Assembly (NCBI GenBank): GCA_002104905.1
Contig: MCFE01000022.1
Span: 124,001 to 188,000 of the forward strand
Direction: 5' to 3'
Origin: Basidiobolus meristosporus CBS 931.73
Lineage: Eukaryota; Fungi; Basidiobolomycota
DNA: 64,000 nucleotides
Below the pieces are notes generated by a model, which was not told the origin of the DNA, searched no databases, and saw only the letters and a program-made list of their open reading frames with translations. Made by a program: the position numbers and the translations under genes. Positions 24,602 to 38,066 of this stretch are shown here, piece after piece; positions within the stretch are counted from its first letter, which is position 1; the number at the start of each line of letters is the position of its first letter.

Positions 24602-26692
24602 TTATAGCTCCATAATGACATCGACGTTCTCATCATCATTCGCTACGGGGTTTGGTGTGTCGTTTATTCCTACCGAAGTGCCACCGGTCAGGTTTCCGTT
24701 CATCACGGGGATTTTTTCCACAACGTTGTCATTAGCAACGGAGAATGGACGTTCGCTAATATGGTTGCCACCGGCTTGGCGATGTGGATGTGAAAACTTG
24801 CAGTCTGGACGTTTGCAGTAAACACCGAAACGACACTAGATCACAGAAAGGTTAGGGGCATTCGCAGATCCGCCATGAATTTTAGATTCACCTACAGGAA
24901 TTGCGTTTGGGGTCATCTCCTCTCCAGGATGTAAGAAATGGCATCCTGGACGCTTACATTCAGCGCCATCTCTACATTGTATGGGCACTTTGTTGGTTGG
25001 CTGCTCACTGCAGAATCTTTATCAGTTTGAATCCAGTTGAAGGTAGGATTGAAATTGAACTTACGGAGCAGTTTCACCTGGGTGCAGAAAGTGGCATCCA
25101 GGACGTGTACAATTCGACCCATCCCGGCATTGTACTGGGACTTTTCTAACATACGATGGGTTGGGAACCGGGGCAGACTCTGGTGCAAGTGATTCACTAT
25201 AAGAATGCCATGGTAAACAACGGTCGAATCAAAAGAGGGTAATGCGACAGGAACTTACCCGTAGTTTGGTTGTGGCTCATCGACATGGCTATATGTGCAA
25301 TGAGCATTCTTGCAATTTGGATAGTAGCGACAACGCTCGGCTTTTTCGGATTCTAACGATGTTGATGAATAAAAATGTCTTGGTGGTGAGGAAAGTTTTG
25401 GCGAAACTTACTGGCGCCTGCAGCGATAGCTGCTGGGCTTGGATGAGAGAATTTGCACTCGGGATTAGTACATTTGGCACCAAATTTGCATGCTACAGCC
25501 TTCTTGGTCTCAGCCTTCTCATCGTCAAGATGGATATATAGACATTTAGCACCGTTGGGGCAGTTGGGGTAATCACTATAACAATTTGTTAATACGCCAT
25601 GAAGTATGGATAGTTCCTATTCATAAACACTTGCCGGCATGGTTTTGTAGGGTGGAAAAATTTACAGTCCTCTCCCTTAGTGCAGTTGGGCCAAAAAGTG
25701 CAGCGCTGTGGCTGATCCTTAAGGCCCTCGGGTGATATGTCTGATGATTTGCCACTCTTCTTTGGCTCTAATGATATAGTGAACACTGTCTCTGTCGTTT
25801 TCTTGTGGGTTCTGTCTCTATCGCCGTGATTAAGTTTTCCACGCTTTCCTCGCACAGGTCTCTCTCGTCCCTGATTTGTTCTACGTTGCTTTTGGCCGTT
25901 GTTTTCTGGCTGCTCTTCTACGTCCATATCATCATTACGGCGTTTTTCGCGTTTGCTTTCTGTCTCAGTTTTGTTGACGTTGCTCAAAGCATTCATCAGC
26001 AGCCTAGTTCTCTGCGGAGCTACATCCTGTTGGCGACTGCCAATGCAAAGTTGGTAAATAGTTCTGGTAAGAATACCTCGCGGAAACCTACGTAGTGGTC
26101 ATCGTTGACGCCGAATTATCGTCTACAGCCATTGAATCTGCTACAATCTATTAGGGCAAACTCACCAAAACATGGGCTAACAGTAAGGGACGAGCGCGTA
26201 CCTGAAGTATTTTCTTCAGCTTTGGTGTTTTCTTGGTTGGTTGTGTCTGTTGTTGGAGTAGTGAGCTGCATCAACCAATCACCAAAAGCGGGATTATAAT
26301 CTGCGCCGATTACTACAATCAAGACGGTGTAAATATATATACTCTATCTGTGAAGCATCGATAGTCACTCACGATCGGTCATTTCTGAGTTGACTTGCTC
26401 CAGGCTCTTTTTGTTCGCCACCATAACAGCAACAAACTCTGCCAGCATTGGATCTAAAAAATCACATCGACAAACGTTCATTAAATCTACATCTCATCCG
26501 ATCGGAGGAATCGCCACTTACCGTCCTCAGCGCCGTATCCAAATTCAGCTAGTTTGTACATGATCTTGTCCTAGATGCGTACACCACACGAAAAGTAGGT
26601 GAAATCAGAGACGGAAAACAAGTAAACACCAAGCAACAAAGGTTGAGTACCTGAATTTCCTCAGGCTTGATGTTTGAAAGAGTGTCCGACAT
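24602..26692 (-). CDS. NAB2: Nab2/ZC3H14-like poly(A)-RNA-binding protein (N-terminal PWI-like domain, tandem CCCH fingers), multi-exon
   Basis: N-terminus KLAEFGYGAED..DPMLAEFVAVMVANKKS. Fingers CTFWPNCTKGEDCKFFHP, CKFGAKCTNPECKFSHP, CRDGSNCTRPGCHFLHP and CQRPDCKFSHP. Confidence 0.8.
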
Positions 26693-27177
26693 GTTGAGAG
26701 ATGGAATAGCTATCCGGGGGGGGGGGAAGAAACGTTCTCGCAAAATCCTCCTACTACACTACTGGCACCATTTTCATGGACATTTTTTTCAACGTATTAT
26801 TGATCTCCTATGGATTTATGCTATCATAATTCTATCAAGAAAATTTAATCTGCTTCTTATGGAAATGTTTCCACCTCATCATGTTTCGTTTGTTACGCGA
26901 TTCGTAAAAATTTCAAGCTGAGATTGCCAGCCTGTGTTGCTTGCTGGATGCTGATCCATTGAAAGATTGAATTGCAGTCAGATGCTATATTGAGATGCAG
27001 CTGTCATTATATCATGCAAGTACATCCAACAATGCAGTAAACTCCGTCTCCCTGCTTTCCAGATTGACCGATTGCTTGCTGTAACATGGGAAATCACATG
27101 GTAACTATTGTTTGGTGAATATATTTCTTTTTGACTCCAACAGCAGCTGCTCTCTCGTCGACTGACTCCCACTTGTA

Positions 27178-27474
27178 ATGCTGACGTTCCCTTCACACCT
27201 CCCTCTCTTGGTATTCAAGTTCATCGCATACCCATTGCTGTTCCTCATCACGACTGCATATATCATCTTTGCCGTCTTATCTTCAGCATGTCTCGGGGCT
27301 TTGGTTTCCTTCCGCCTGATGTATCTTGTTGTCGAGGTGTGCCAGTTTTACTTATCTAAATTTATACCAGCCAGAGTCAAAGCTTCCTGTAATGCGGAAG
27401 GTTTATCCGACAGAGCCAAAGAAGGAATTAGTCCACTTTCGAAGTTTAGAGTCACCCACCCACTTGAGAAGTGA
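27178..27474 (+). CDS. Small hypothetical membrane protein (98 aa) with a long hydrophobic hairpin
   Basis: ATG-initiated ORF with a long hydrophobic N-terminal half (LLVFKFIAYPLLFLITTAYIIFAVLSSACLGALVSFRLMYLVVEV) and a charged tail. Confidence 0.5.
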   Translation: MLTFPSHLPLLVFKFIAYPLLFLITTAYIIFAVLSSACLGALVSFRLMYLVVEVCQFYLSKFIPARVKASCNAEGLSDRAKEGISPLSKFRVTHPLEK

Positions 27475-28546
27475 GACATCCAACGTATATAGTAAATAGA
27501 TTCATCGATTTTGAGCTCCTCATGTATACGCCCGAAAATCCCACTTGAGCCAATAATCTAGCAACTAGTAAACTTTCTGCTGGGCCAATAATCTAGTAAC
27601 TGGCAAACCTTCTATTGATTAAGCTCCCCAACAAGCTTTTCACGAGTCCGCAGTAGAATAAGGCAACAGTTACGTTGCTGTTGATAAACCGTTTCTTCAT
27701 CGATGATTCGCATTTCCCTATACTGTTAGTGAGCGATCAATTAGGAAACCCTATAAATGCACGCATCTACGGCTAACCATGAGGTAAACTACCTATAGAG
27801 CTGCGGACCGAACTTTGTTGGTCTTAGTCATCAAGCCTAGTTAGGTCTGCTCCGCTGTGGAAAGATTATCACCGTGTAACATGTGAATAATAGCCGTTTT
27901 GCCATGAAGGCCGTACTTCATGCTCGGACCAAGAAATCCCAAATAGATCCACTAAACAGATGTAATTAAAAGATCCACTTCCCCAGCCGCCACGATCCCC
28001 AGAGCACCATATAACAAATCCTTTCAATCGTAGGCCACTATGTAATCCCTCGCCAAATATGGACATCAACAATGCCAAAAAACCCGAAACCGGTTTTCCT
28101 CAGAGAGCGGAAAAATGGAAATTTCGGTTGGTTAAGCTTCAGAAACTTTATGCTTAAGGTTGATGAAATTCATGGTAGAAGCTTCCATGCTAAGCTCCCA
28201 TGCCAAACAGGTCGAGATTATTAATGATTTGTCAGGAGACCCGGTGGGTAAATATGCTCGATCTTACCCGTTACCATGGAGGTTGATAAATCATGATCGA
28301 CAATCGTTCCGTAGCTCAGACTCGGCATGTCGTCATCTACTTTTCCGTCACTTACTGATTTCGGGTGATTGCAAGGTCCAATTATCCCGTACAAAAAGAA
28401 TCGGGATTTGGGGGAATTGTATAAATGGTGCTCCGCTCACACTCCAAACCATCAACCATTAGACTTTCCGCTCCCACATTAGAGGCACGGTCATCTTACA
28501 CCTCCACATCCCAAATATTTATCTTCTTTTCAGCGGAAATTAGCCA

Positions 28547-29602
28547 ATGAAAATGTACGATTTTCGTAAACACAAAGATTTGATTCGTGTTGAAGTCCCC
28601 AAATTCCACAAACCAACCACCACCAAAGAAAAGATTCACTTCGCCAAGAATGTTTTCGAAGGATTGGTTCTTTGCGCCGCGTTCGTGCCGTTCTTCATCT
28701 GGGGTACTATTCACCTGGCACTCAGAATATTGATCGGCATTGTTGTCGTTGGGCTCTTGTTGTTCACACCAAACCTTCGCCCGTTCCTTTGTCCCGCACT
28801 TCCGGTTCTGGCCTGGCTTTCTCTTTTCACGAGCTGTGGCGGCATTCCAACCGATATTCGCCCAGAAATTAATGTCACCCTCCTCCCACGCCTCGAGACT
28901 TCCATATTCGGCGTCAACCTTTCGGACAAGCTTGCCAGCAACATTTCCCCAGTCAAAGACATCTTTGCCTGGATCCCTTATGGGGTCCTCCATTTCATAA
29001 ATGGAGTCATTTGCATCCCAGTATTCTATTTCCTGGCACCTAAGGGTACTCTTCCCAAGTTTGCTCGTGCCTTTGGATACATGAATCTTGCCGGTGTCGT
29101 TACCCAGATCGCCTTCCCAACTGCTTCACCCTGGTACCTACATCTCTACGGCACGCAACCAGCCAACTATTCTATGCCTGGTAACCCGGGAGGATTGATT
29201 CGCGTAGATGACATCCTTCACATTAATTTATATGGTAATACCTTCGGCAACTCACCCCTCGTCTTTGGAGCGTGGCCCAGCTTGCATAGCGGAAGTGCCG
29301 TCCTCATTAATCTCTTCATCGCCCGCCTGAATCCTTGGTTAATTCCCCTTAATTTTGGTTATGTCTTCTGGATTTGGTGGGCTTGTCTATACCTCCGTCA
29401 CCATTACCTGGTGGACCTCTTTGGCGGTTTCTTCTATGCTTTCATTGCTTTTGTCTGGATCTACCGTGGTCGTATCCTTCCAGAGGGCAAGGGCAAAGGT
29501 TTCTGCTTGCTTCCTACCTCTATGAAGGATGTTTCTCGCAAGTCTAGACAGGACACTACCGAGGAAAAAGATGAGCCACTCATGGTTGTTGTGCGCCCAT
29601 AA
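28547..29602 (+). CDS. AUR1: Inositol phosphorylceramide synthase (aureobasidin resistance protein), intronless, 351 aa
   Basis: Motifs DIFAWIPYGVLHF, FPTASPWY, GNPGGLIRVD, SPLVFGAWPSLHSG and YLRHHYLVDL (PAP2-like catalytic His). Confidence 0.95.
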   Translation: MKMYDFRKHKDLIRVEVPKFHKPTTTKEKIHFAKNVFEGLVLCAAFVPFFIWGTIHLALRILIGIVVVGLLLFTPNLRPFLCPALPVLAWLSLFTSCGGIPTDIRPEINVTLLPRLETSIFGVNLSDKLASNISPVKDIFAWIPYGVLHFINGVICIPVFYFLAPKGTLPKFARAFGYMNLAGVVTQIAFPTASPWYLHLYGTQPANYSMPGNPGGLIRVDDILHINLYGNTFGNSPLVFGAWPSLHSGSAVLINLFIARLNPWLIPLNFGYVFWIWWACLYLRHHYLVDLFGGFFYAFIAFVWIYRGRILPEGKGKGFCLLPTSMKDVSRKSRQDTTEEKDEPLMVVVRP

Positions 29603-30990
29603 GCGCTTCTACATATAATTTACTTACAGAATTAGTCTCTGGATCCCTTGTAAATTTGAGGTATATAGTTGGATATATCAACCCTAATACATAATGTAAC
29701 ATAATAAAACCATTTACATCCGACATTCCTTGCCAACATCTTCTCTACATCCAACAGGTTACGCATTAGCACGAATTCATGTACCCAGCTGTTGCGGCTT
29801 CAATTTTGCCGAAGTGAAATTGCTTAATCAATCGTTGAATTTAGTGTTCACCCACAGCAGTCTCACAACGTGGTCTCGGCCTCCCTTACACAACTGCATT
29901 AGTATTGAAAACCCGGTGGGTTTGTTCTATTTGGATCGAACATATGAAATCAGACTAATCAACATTTCAGGCAATTCACCAATCTTGAGCAGTTCCAGAT
30001 CGCGTTGTTTCCTAGAGATCACGAGCCCATTCTGGAATATTGCCGAAACACTGAAACATCCTAAAAATGGATTCAAGTTTAGAAGCCGCCTGGGTCAAGA
30101 ACACATTGGGTTTCAGGTGCAATTGTTGCCTTTTGCTTTAGCTGTCATCATACTCCATGATTTAAGTTAATCCTACTTCATTTGTACAGCATAATGGCTA
30201 TCGATATCTTGATCTTAGCATTTGGACTGCTCAGCTGATGGTATGATGAAACCAGCAAACGTCTTTCGAACTTCAATGCATAATTGTCTAGATACTTGGC
30301 GAGTGATCCAATAAGAAAAGTAGGAACATGCTTGCGAATGAGACCTACATAGCATAATGTCCACCATATGACATAAACGTGGAAGACTATCCGTCAAAGG
30401 CCCGTTTGCATAATCGAGATCATTCTCATTTCAATGCCGCATGGAAATTAGGTTGCTGGGCCATTTGGAATGTTTAATCATATGGTCGCCAAGCCTCTGG
30501 CTACTATGGAAATTCGAAATAGCATGATCGTCAACCTAAAATCCAAATGTGGTTGCTATGTTGTTCCAAGGAGAGCTACTACAACCTGGTAAGGGTATTG
30601 TAATAGCTCCTCATTTGAGTTTTAAGCAAAACGTTGATAGACTTTTCATGCGAGTTACTGATGCTGCGGTGATCTTTGAGTCTACGGTAGTTAGACTGCT
30701 CACGTGAGTTACCAATGCTGTGTGATCTTTGGGCCTTGGGTAGTTAAACTATTCATGTGAGTAAGTAGAACGTGCTATGATCCTGTCGGGAATAATGGAA
30801 GCGCCAAAGAATCATCGAACTCTTACTATTTTGTTTAGGCTGATTTATCTCATGATGGGTCATTTGATTGCAATGAAAATTTTGTCCTAACCGTGGTCTC
30901 ATATGTGTGCCAGCCACCCAATTGATTCGAAAGTTTAACCATCGATATTTGTGCCTGTCTGGTGAACCTAGAAGTAGTATCGCTAGTACC

Positions 30991-33219
30991 ATGCTTATAT
31001 TTCCCAAGCGCCTCCATTTACCCAGTGTTAGCCCGTCCATCGTGTACAGACAACATGGGAAGGTGAGACTTTACTTTGATGGAGTAGACACTGGCATTGA
31101 ACAAGGCAGTGGATTTCTAACTTGACACCCTCCTTCGGGGATCTAACCCAAGTCCAGTATTTTAGTCGTTTTTATGCAACGAATCTAGGTGCCACTGCGA
31201 AGGGCACTGCAGAATATCTCGCTCGACACAACACGAAAGGGGAAGGTCATTCCCAAAAATGGTACTTCGAACCGTGGTTTAAACAGGTGTTTTGGCTATT
31301 CTAAAACGAGACATATAGGTTTAAGAGTCTCCCCGGTGGGCTTTGGAAGTTTCCGAGTTACCTCAGAGCAACCGATCCACAAAGCAGCTTTGTTTCACGC
31401 ACTAAAAAAAGGAGTGAACTTGATCGATACAAGCGGTCATTTTGGTGAAGGTGGGATTGGCTTGTTTATTAGCAGTATGGCGCCACCGTTTCTAACGCGA
31501 TGTTGACCTACTGTTCTACAGGAAGGTCGGAGAAAATGATTGGAGAATGTCTACAAGAGTCGTTCCAGGCAAAAGATATCCAGCGAGAGGTTGGTCTCTT
31601 AAAGGATACAGTTTGGTGATGCATTAACAGTCTCAACGAAGTCTCGCTAGGATGTGGTAGTAATGACCAAGGCTGGATACATACCCTCTCTCGCCGATAT
31701 AAACCTCCCCACCTCGCAATATTCAAGGGTTACTAAAGTAGCCGGCCATAGCATTCACCCAGACTTCCTGAAACAACAGATTACACAATCCTTAGAGCGC
31801 CTGGGCTTGGAAAAAATCGATATATTCATGTTGAATAATCCGGAACGAATCCTGCAGAGCCAGGACAAGGTATCGAGATGTAGCGGTTTGTTATGTTTGA
31901 GCAAATCACTAATCAGGTGAGATGTAGATCATATCCAAGTCAACGTTGTATCAACAAATTGCCGTTGCTTTTGAGTGCTTGGATGATGAAGTTAAACAAG
32001 GTACAGTGTTCGCAGGCAAATCATAAAGTGGATATCCCTAATTCCATGATAGGGAGAATTGGCGGGTATGGCATCTGCTCGAATTCCATGGGGCTACCTG
32101 GTTCGGTTGAATATCTCTCCTTAACAGAATTATTTGAGAAGTGTGGCTCCAAATTCTCGGACAACTTCCTGGCCATACAGACGCCATTCAACTTATTTGA
32201 GAAGGAAGCACTCTTCCCTGTCGACCGGAGCACCATTAGTTTAGCCGAGGAAGCTCAAGTAAGTCAACTCACAACCTGATGGACACTTGTTGATGCTGGT
32301 TACTCACAGCATGTGCTTAGAAACACAATCTTTTTGTTATCGGTAACCGGCCATTAATGGCCATTGCCAATGGAGAGATTCGGCAGCTGGCTAATCCCTC
32401 ATCCGATGTGAACCTATGTATGTAACACGGCCTTTGGCACCCATCAGGATATTTTGTGCTAACGATGACAACTAATGATTGCAAAGCGGTCGAGGAGTTG
32501 ATGTCCCAGTTATCCGATTTGTTCCAACAAATGGATAGTTTGGAGGATTCATTAAGTGACGATTGTAAGCATTCTGGTAGACTATGACGCCAGGGATTGT
32601 ACTAATTGGTTACCGACAGTCACGTTTGTCGAGGAAGCATATGTTAACAAATTCATGTGGTGCCAGGTGCTGTCCGAAAATCTAACTAGACTCTCCCGGA
32701 ACTCTTTTGCAACCAAACACTACCTCTTAAATCAAGTGCTACCTGCCCTACAAAACGACCTTGACCAACTGCTCAGCACCTACACCTCTGGTATTGACGA
32801 GCAGGACATCCGTTCAAGGGCATTGCACAACTGGGCTGGTCAATACAAACAGGTTAGAAAGGGGTTTATATACACTCAGATCTTTGTTATTGATCCTCGA
32901 CAATCAGGTCGCCAATTCCGCTGTCAACCAATTAATTCACTTCGCCTCACTCGATACTCAACGGAAAAACGATGATTTGAATTCAGTCCTGTCGGCCATA
33001 TGTCCCAAGCTTCCCAAAGAGTCCGACTCAGTACCGACACATTCCCCGTTGAGTGTGAAAGCTCTAGGCATCACTGCTGCACATCCACTAATCGGCTCGG
33101 TGCTCGTCGGCATGCGTAGACCCGAGTATGTGGACGATGCGCTCACCGCCCTGAAATATTCTGAGAAGCTGGATGAGGAGGACCTGAAAGACGTCTTCCA
33201 ATGCCCTCTGTTGATGTAA
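30991..33219 (+). CDS. Aldo/keto reductase family protein, multi-exon
   Basis: GLRVSPVGFGSFR, GVNLIDTSGHFGEG, VVVMTKAGY, HSIHPDFLKQQITQSLERLGLEKIDIFMLNNPE, IQTPFNLFE and SVLVGMRRPEYVDDAL. The start codon is tentative. Confidence 0.85.
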
Positions 33220-33416
33220 CATCCCGCATTCAATCATTCATCAACGATACAATAAAAGCGTCCAACTATGAGAACTGTGAAATGTACAAGTTTATTAAAT
33301 AGCCATGACTGAATCCAACCCCTTGCAACAACCAAGGGTTTGGTCATCAGATTGATGATCTCAATAATACAATAGCTGTAGATTACGTGTTATAAGTCAT
33401 GAGTTGGTGGGTTGGT

Positions 33417-33832
33417 TTACTTGGACATCTCAACAAAACCAGGGAAGCACTCGGCGGTGGTTTTGCTGTGCTTGTTCTCAGCATGCTCAGCGAGACTAAG
33501 AAAAGAAAAGGTGAATCTCGGTAGCTTCGTGACACCAAACACGACGTGGGTACTTACGCCTTCTCTCTAACGGTGCAGAGGAAAGTTTGTCTGCAGGTTT
33601 GGCAAATAATACTCTTGGCGGCAGCGTTCTAGAGAAGAAGCCAATAAATACGAGTACGGGTGGGATATTTGAGGCATGCTACTTACAGCCTTAAGCTGAC
33701 TGGTGTTGGTGTTGGCCTTGGCCATCTTGGCGTTTCTTTCGCGCTTTTGTTGAGCTTTTTGACCCTAGACAGAACGTTTAGTAGGAGGCTTCAACGAACC
33801 AGCAAGATATGTCGCGCACTTACGTTACCCAT
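33417..33832 (-). CDS. ZNF706/DUF1909 (4F5/SERF-like N-terminus + C2H2 finger) microprotein; 4 exons, missed by the ORF track
   Basis: Spliced reading MGN-GQKAQQKRERNAKMAKANTNTSQLKA-NAAAKSIICQTCRQTFLCTVREKA-LAEHAENKHSKTTAECFPGFVEMSK*, with canonical gtaagt donors. Confidence 0.88.
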
Positions 33833-34537
33833 TTTCGATAACTCGCTACACTAAGGAGAAGAGAGATGAACGAGCTCGGAAGACGGAGAGCCGCCTCTTA
33901 ATAAGAGATTCAAGACATTCGAGCCAGCTCGATGAATCCAATCCTCCCCAACCTGCCATGGAAAAAAAAGTTCCTACCATACGAACAACACATAGAAATC
34001 TCGGAAAATCTACATTTTCGGTATGTCAAATAGATTTGGGTTGATTAGCGATGTTGACTATTTAGTCACTTGAAACTAGGTTTATTTCCACGGATTATGC
34101 GTGAACCCTACTTGGGGGAAATCTAGGTGAAATAGGGCCGGGAAGCCTAGCCTCTGTCGACACGATATACTATCGATCCAGTCCATATATTCCATTCCCG
34201 GCCAGCACCCCTCATACCTTTTATGACTAGTTTCCAGCCAAGCAGCCAATAACATTGATGAAAACAGAGTCCATGTGGTAGTTCAGCTGTATTATTTACT
34301 GAGCAGTGTGTCGGGGGAGTTTGCCGCTAATGGCTACATCATGCTGTTGCGGAACGTTTCATACGAAGGGCAACCTTGTTTCCAGAATAGATTAAGGAGA
34401 ATGCGTGAAGCTAGTGGGGGAATTTGGATGGAGGTGTGGATGATAGATGAGGGAGTTTTTTGTAGTATATATTCAAGCAAAAATAAACAATAAAAAGGGA
34501 CGCTTGGCATAAAGTGAATAGTTGCGGGTGGGGAGAG

Positions 34538-34560
34538 GAGAGAGAGAGAGAGAGAGAGAG
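34538..34560 (+). repeat. (GA)11 microsatellite just downstream of the exportin-T stop codon
   Basis: Perfect GA run read directly from the sequence. Confidence 0.95.
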
Positions 34561-34612
34561 GAAAACATTAAATAAACAGGAAAGAAGTTATGAATGCTTG
34601 GATTTTTTTCGT

Positions 34613-37600
34613 CTATGTAGAATTTCGGATGAAATTTTGGAAGTATTTCTTGAATTGCTTCAACTCCAATTGCTGTATCGCTTGGCAGTATTCCTGTGGA
34701 TGGTGTTGGTGGTTAACAAAGACGCTTGCCTTGTCAGGGGGTTAGAAGTATTACCTCAATCATTGGTGGTGGGCAGTTGACAGATGGAAGATAGACACCG
34801 CGCATGAAGTTCAAGAAGTCCGGTCCCTGCTTGAGAAGAATCGACTTCTGCAGGCTTGATAACTCACCAAACACCTAGGAGGAAAATATGTAAGTATGCA
34901 CAGGTTAAACATGTTGCTCGAAAACGACTCACCAGCACTGCCTGCCCATCCGCAAAATCGAACGATCTCTTGGTGGGTACCTCAAAGCAAACTCTAACGA
35001 TATGCTCGTAGATAAATTGCTCGAACCCAGGAATCGACTTCGTGTTAGCACCATTGGCATTGGAGCCTCCCCAAATATTGACGAACTTGTGGAGGATGCC
35101 AATGGCGACCTTTTGGGTCGAAATATCCTCACTGTCCAAGGCGTAATAGAGAATACTCTGCAATAAAGTGTTCAAGTGGGGAGCATTTTCTACAAATACG
35201 TGATTGGTGAGTGAGTGAACGAGCGGCCGAGAAAGGGCTTACGGTGGTAGCAGCACTTACTCTCAGTCAAGAAAACATCATCCATTTCAGAGTTCAAAAT
35301 GGATATAATGAAGTTAAGATAGGATTTGCGAAGATCAAGTAACAAGACAGCTTCGTCGGTGCCGGTCGCTGTTTGATTCAGGAAAGTGAACACCTTGTTA
35401 AGTAGTGGTAGGAGCAAATCGTTTAAGGCACTCATGATCGAAGGTTTAAATTTGTGAATGACGAGTCCCATGAATGGCAAGAAGTCCACCAACTCAGTGA
35501 CCTGGCATTCAGCAATCATGTTGTTGATCAGAGGCAACAAGTAGGGAAGGATCTCTGATCCAAGGCAGTTCAACAGCCGAGCAAAAGCGAAGCGGGCCTG
35601 GAATAGAATTAGCATCGGTATGAACGAAACATCCAACCATTTTGGAAGGCACTTACACTCTCGCGGACAACTTCGTACTTGTTCATGTTCTCCAACAACA
35701 CTAGAATGCACTCGGTCGCTTGCTTGAACACTTGCGCAATTGGGGAGACGCCTTCCTTGGCCTCAGGGAACCCTTTGCTAATACTTCCGATAGCCATAAC
35801 CAGATGATGAAGATGAATAGGGATCAGAGGATCGTCCGGTGCTTGACGAGCTTTGTTGGTGCACTCTTGAATAGTAGTGACAATCGGGTTGAATACAAAC
35901 TGAAGGTATTCGACCTGTTTGCTTGGATCGACGCCATCTGCAGAGATAAGCAACCCAGACTGTTTCGAACAAATACAACTGGCTATCAAAGCTACTGCCC
36001 GAATTGGAGGCTCCAGATACGCTATCGGAAACGTCCACCTGGATAACCAACAAATCCATAAGACTGTTCAACATACCGTCAACATATGGTCCCATATGGG
36101 CCTTGAGAAGCTTCACAAAGCGATAGAACAGGTACCAAGAACGGCTACGGGTGACTTTTCGGGAGTTGTGGAGGCCGCGATTATCTAGGAAAGGGCCAAG
36201 AACTTCCGGCAATAAGTCACTGCGAGTCTCAAAAAATTGTGCGTAACGAACAATATTTTCAAAGAAGGGAAGCGGAATGGATGGGTGTGGATAAGCAGAC
36301 ACGTTGCTTTTCACCATCTTCGCAACGATTTCGCCCAATGGGGTCAAAACACTGGTATTCCCTTGAGTGGTAACGAAGGTCATTGGTCCACGAATAGCCT
36401 CACCGTAGAGATAGGCTAGGTGGAGACTAAGCTCCACATCGGTCCAGTGAGTTGTAGCCCCATTTTGAACAGTCTCAAAGGTAGAGACAATACACGATTG
36501 CACATAGCTGCTGAACAGTTCCTGATCAATAGCAGCGATGCTGTCGAAGAACAGCTTCAGGTTCTTGCGTAATTCGCTAAACAAGATCTCCTCATCATCC
36601 TCTTCCTCGTCATTCCACTCGGTATCAGGATCGTATTTCATCTTGAAAACGACTACCTGAATGAGAGAGGCCAAGAGCTCCCTCTGGGTGGCGGTCAGCC
36701 CGTTGGTAATCTTCTTCTGGCGCTTGAACATGAGAAGCAACTCCGAAACAAATGGGAATACGGCCGAGGATGTTTCGTCATACTCGTCGCCCAAGAATTT
36801 CAACATGTATGGCAAAAGCTTTTCGATGTGAGTATAGGAACTAGCCCTCGCATCAGGCTGGTCCTCAGTTTGCTTCCAAATAAAGAGCAACTCGACACCA
36901 AGAGCGTTGGTGAGCTTTGCAACATGTTCAGCAAAATCAGAGTCGCTGACGTCGAGGCGGCCTAGCACATCACCCACATTCAGGACCTGAAGCATACTCA
37001 GCTTTTCCAAGGGTCTCATCCCCTTCCCAATAATCTCAATAAGACACTCAACGGCAGGAGTGCGTAGGTTGCCTTGGCTCAGAAATTGGTAAATCAAGTT
37101 GATCAATGGCTCAGTTACAATCAGGTTGATGTCCACCCATGAGACATAGGCGCCCATCATTTTCAAGACCAGGGCAGCAATCTCGGGTTCATCTGCTGAA
37201 TACTCCGCAAGCAACTCGTACCAGACTGCGGCGATCTGCTGAACATCCCCCTCTCGCATAGCATCCTTGATCAACGAGTTTCTGCTGGCTTCCTCCTTGG
37301 TTCTTGGGACCGAAACATTGACAACTTCTTCATCAATGGCCATCAACACTCGCAGGAAGAAATCGACTACTTTGTGATTGGTTCTCTTGTTGGAGTTAGC
37401 GGAGTTGGCAGAAAGAAGCAGGATGAAATCCGAGAAAAAGGTGCGCCAGTTGGTGGGATACATGTTGATGAACAAAAGTGTAACGGCGTGCGCCAACTTA
37501 TTCTTCAAAACTGGAAGGGAAACATTGCTTGAGTTTACAGTCAGAAATACAAATCCATCTTGATATTCACTTACACACTGGCTCTGCTTCGCTGCTTCTG

Positions 37601-38066
37601 TTGTCATTGCCCGCAACATACTCCCGATTAATGAATTCCATGAATGTTTGGCGAATGTACAAAGCGTGGGATGCGTCTAAAGTGCTAAATCTGCCATATT
37701 GTTAGGGAGGCGATTCAGATTGAACTCAAGGCAGCAGCCCAATACCTATTTTGTAAAACGTCTTCAACAACTTGAAGCGAGAAAAGTCGAGCTTCAGAAG
37801 AACTGGAAAGGATGTTAGCATGTCTTGGTGTACAAATCGCAGCCCTGCTTCCTACCTTTTAGGCTCGCGGACAAATAAAGAAAGGCATAATTGCCAGCCA
37901 TCTTGCGAAGATTTTATTTGCTCGCAATATTGAGTAGCCTGTTGCGGAATAAAGTGTAAGACGAGAGGTAGCAACAAAATAAGCACCGAGTCCTGACCTG
38001 CGATTTGAGTGAGGAATCGGCGTTGGGACTAAGGGCACAGGCAACAGCCTGTTCGATTTGCTCCAT
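34613..38066 (-). CDS. LOS1: Exportin-T (tRNA nuclear export receptor), multi-exon
   Basis: Start MEQIEQAVACALSPNADSSLKSQ; LKNKLAHAVTLLFINMYPTNWRTFF; FFLRVLMAIDEEV; IKDAMRE; RGLHNSRKVTRSRSWYLFYRFVK; C-terminus EYCQAIQQLELKQFKKYFQNF. Confidence 0.92.

Noticed and set aside
29730-30400. 146-aa plus-strand ORF and short minus-strand ORFs between AUR1 and the AKR gene
   Set aside because: Non-ATG start, no motif and no supportable splice model.
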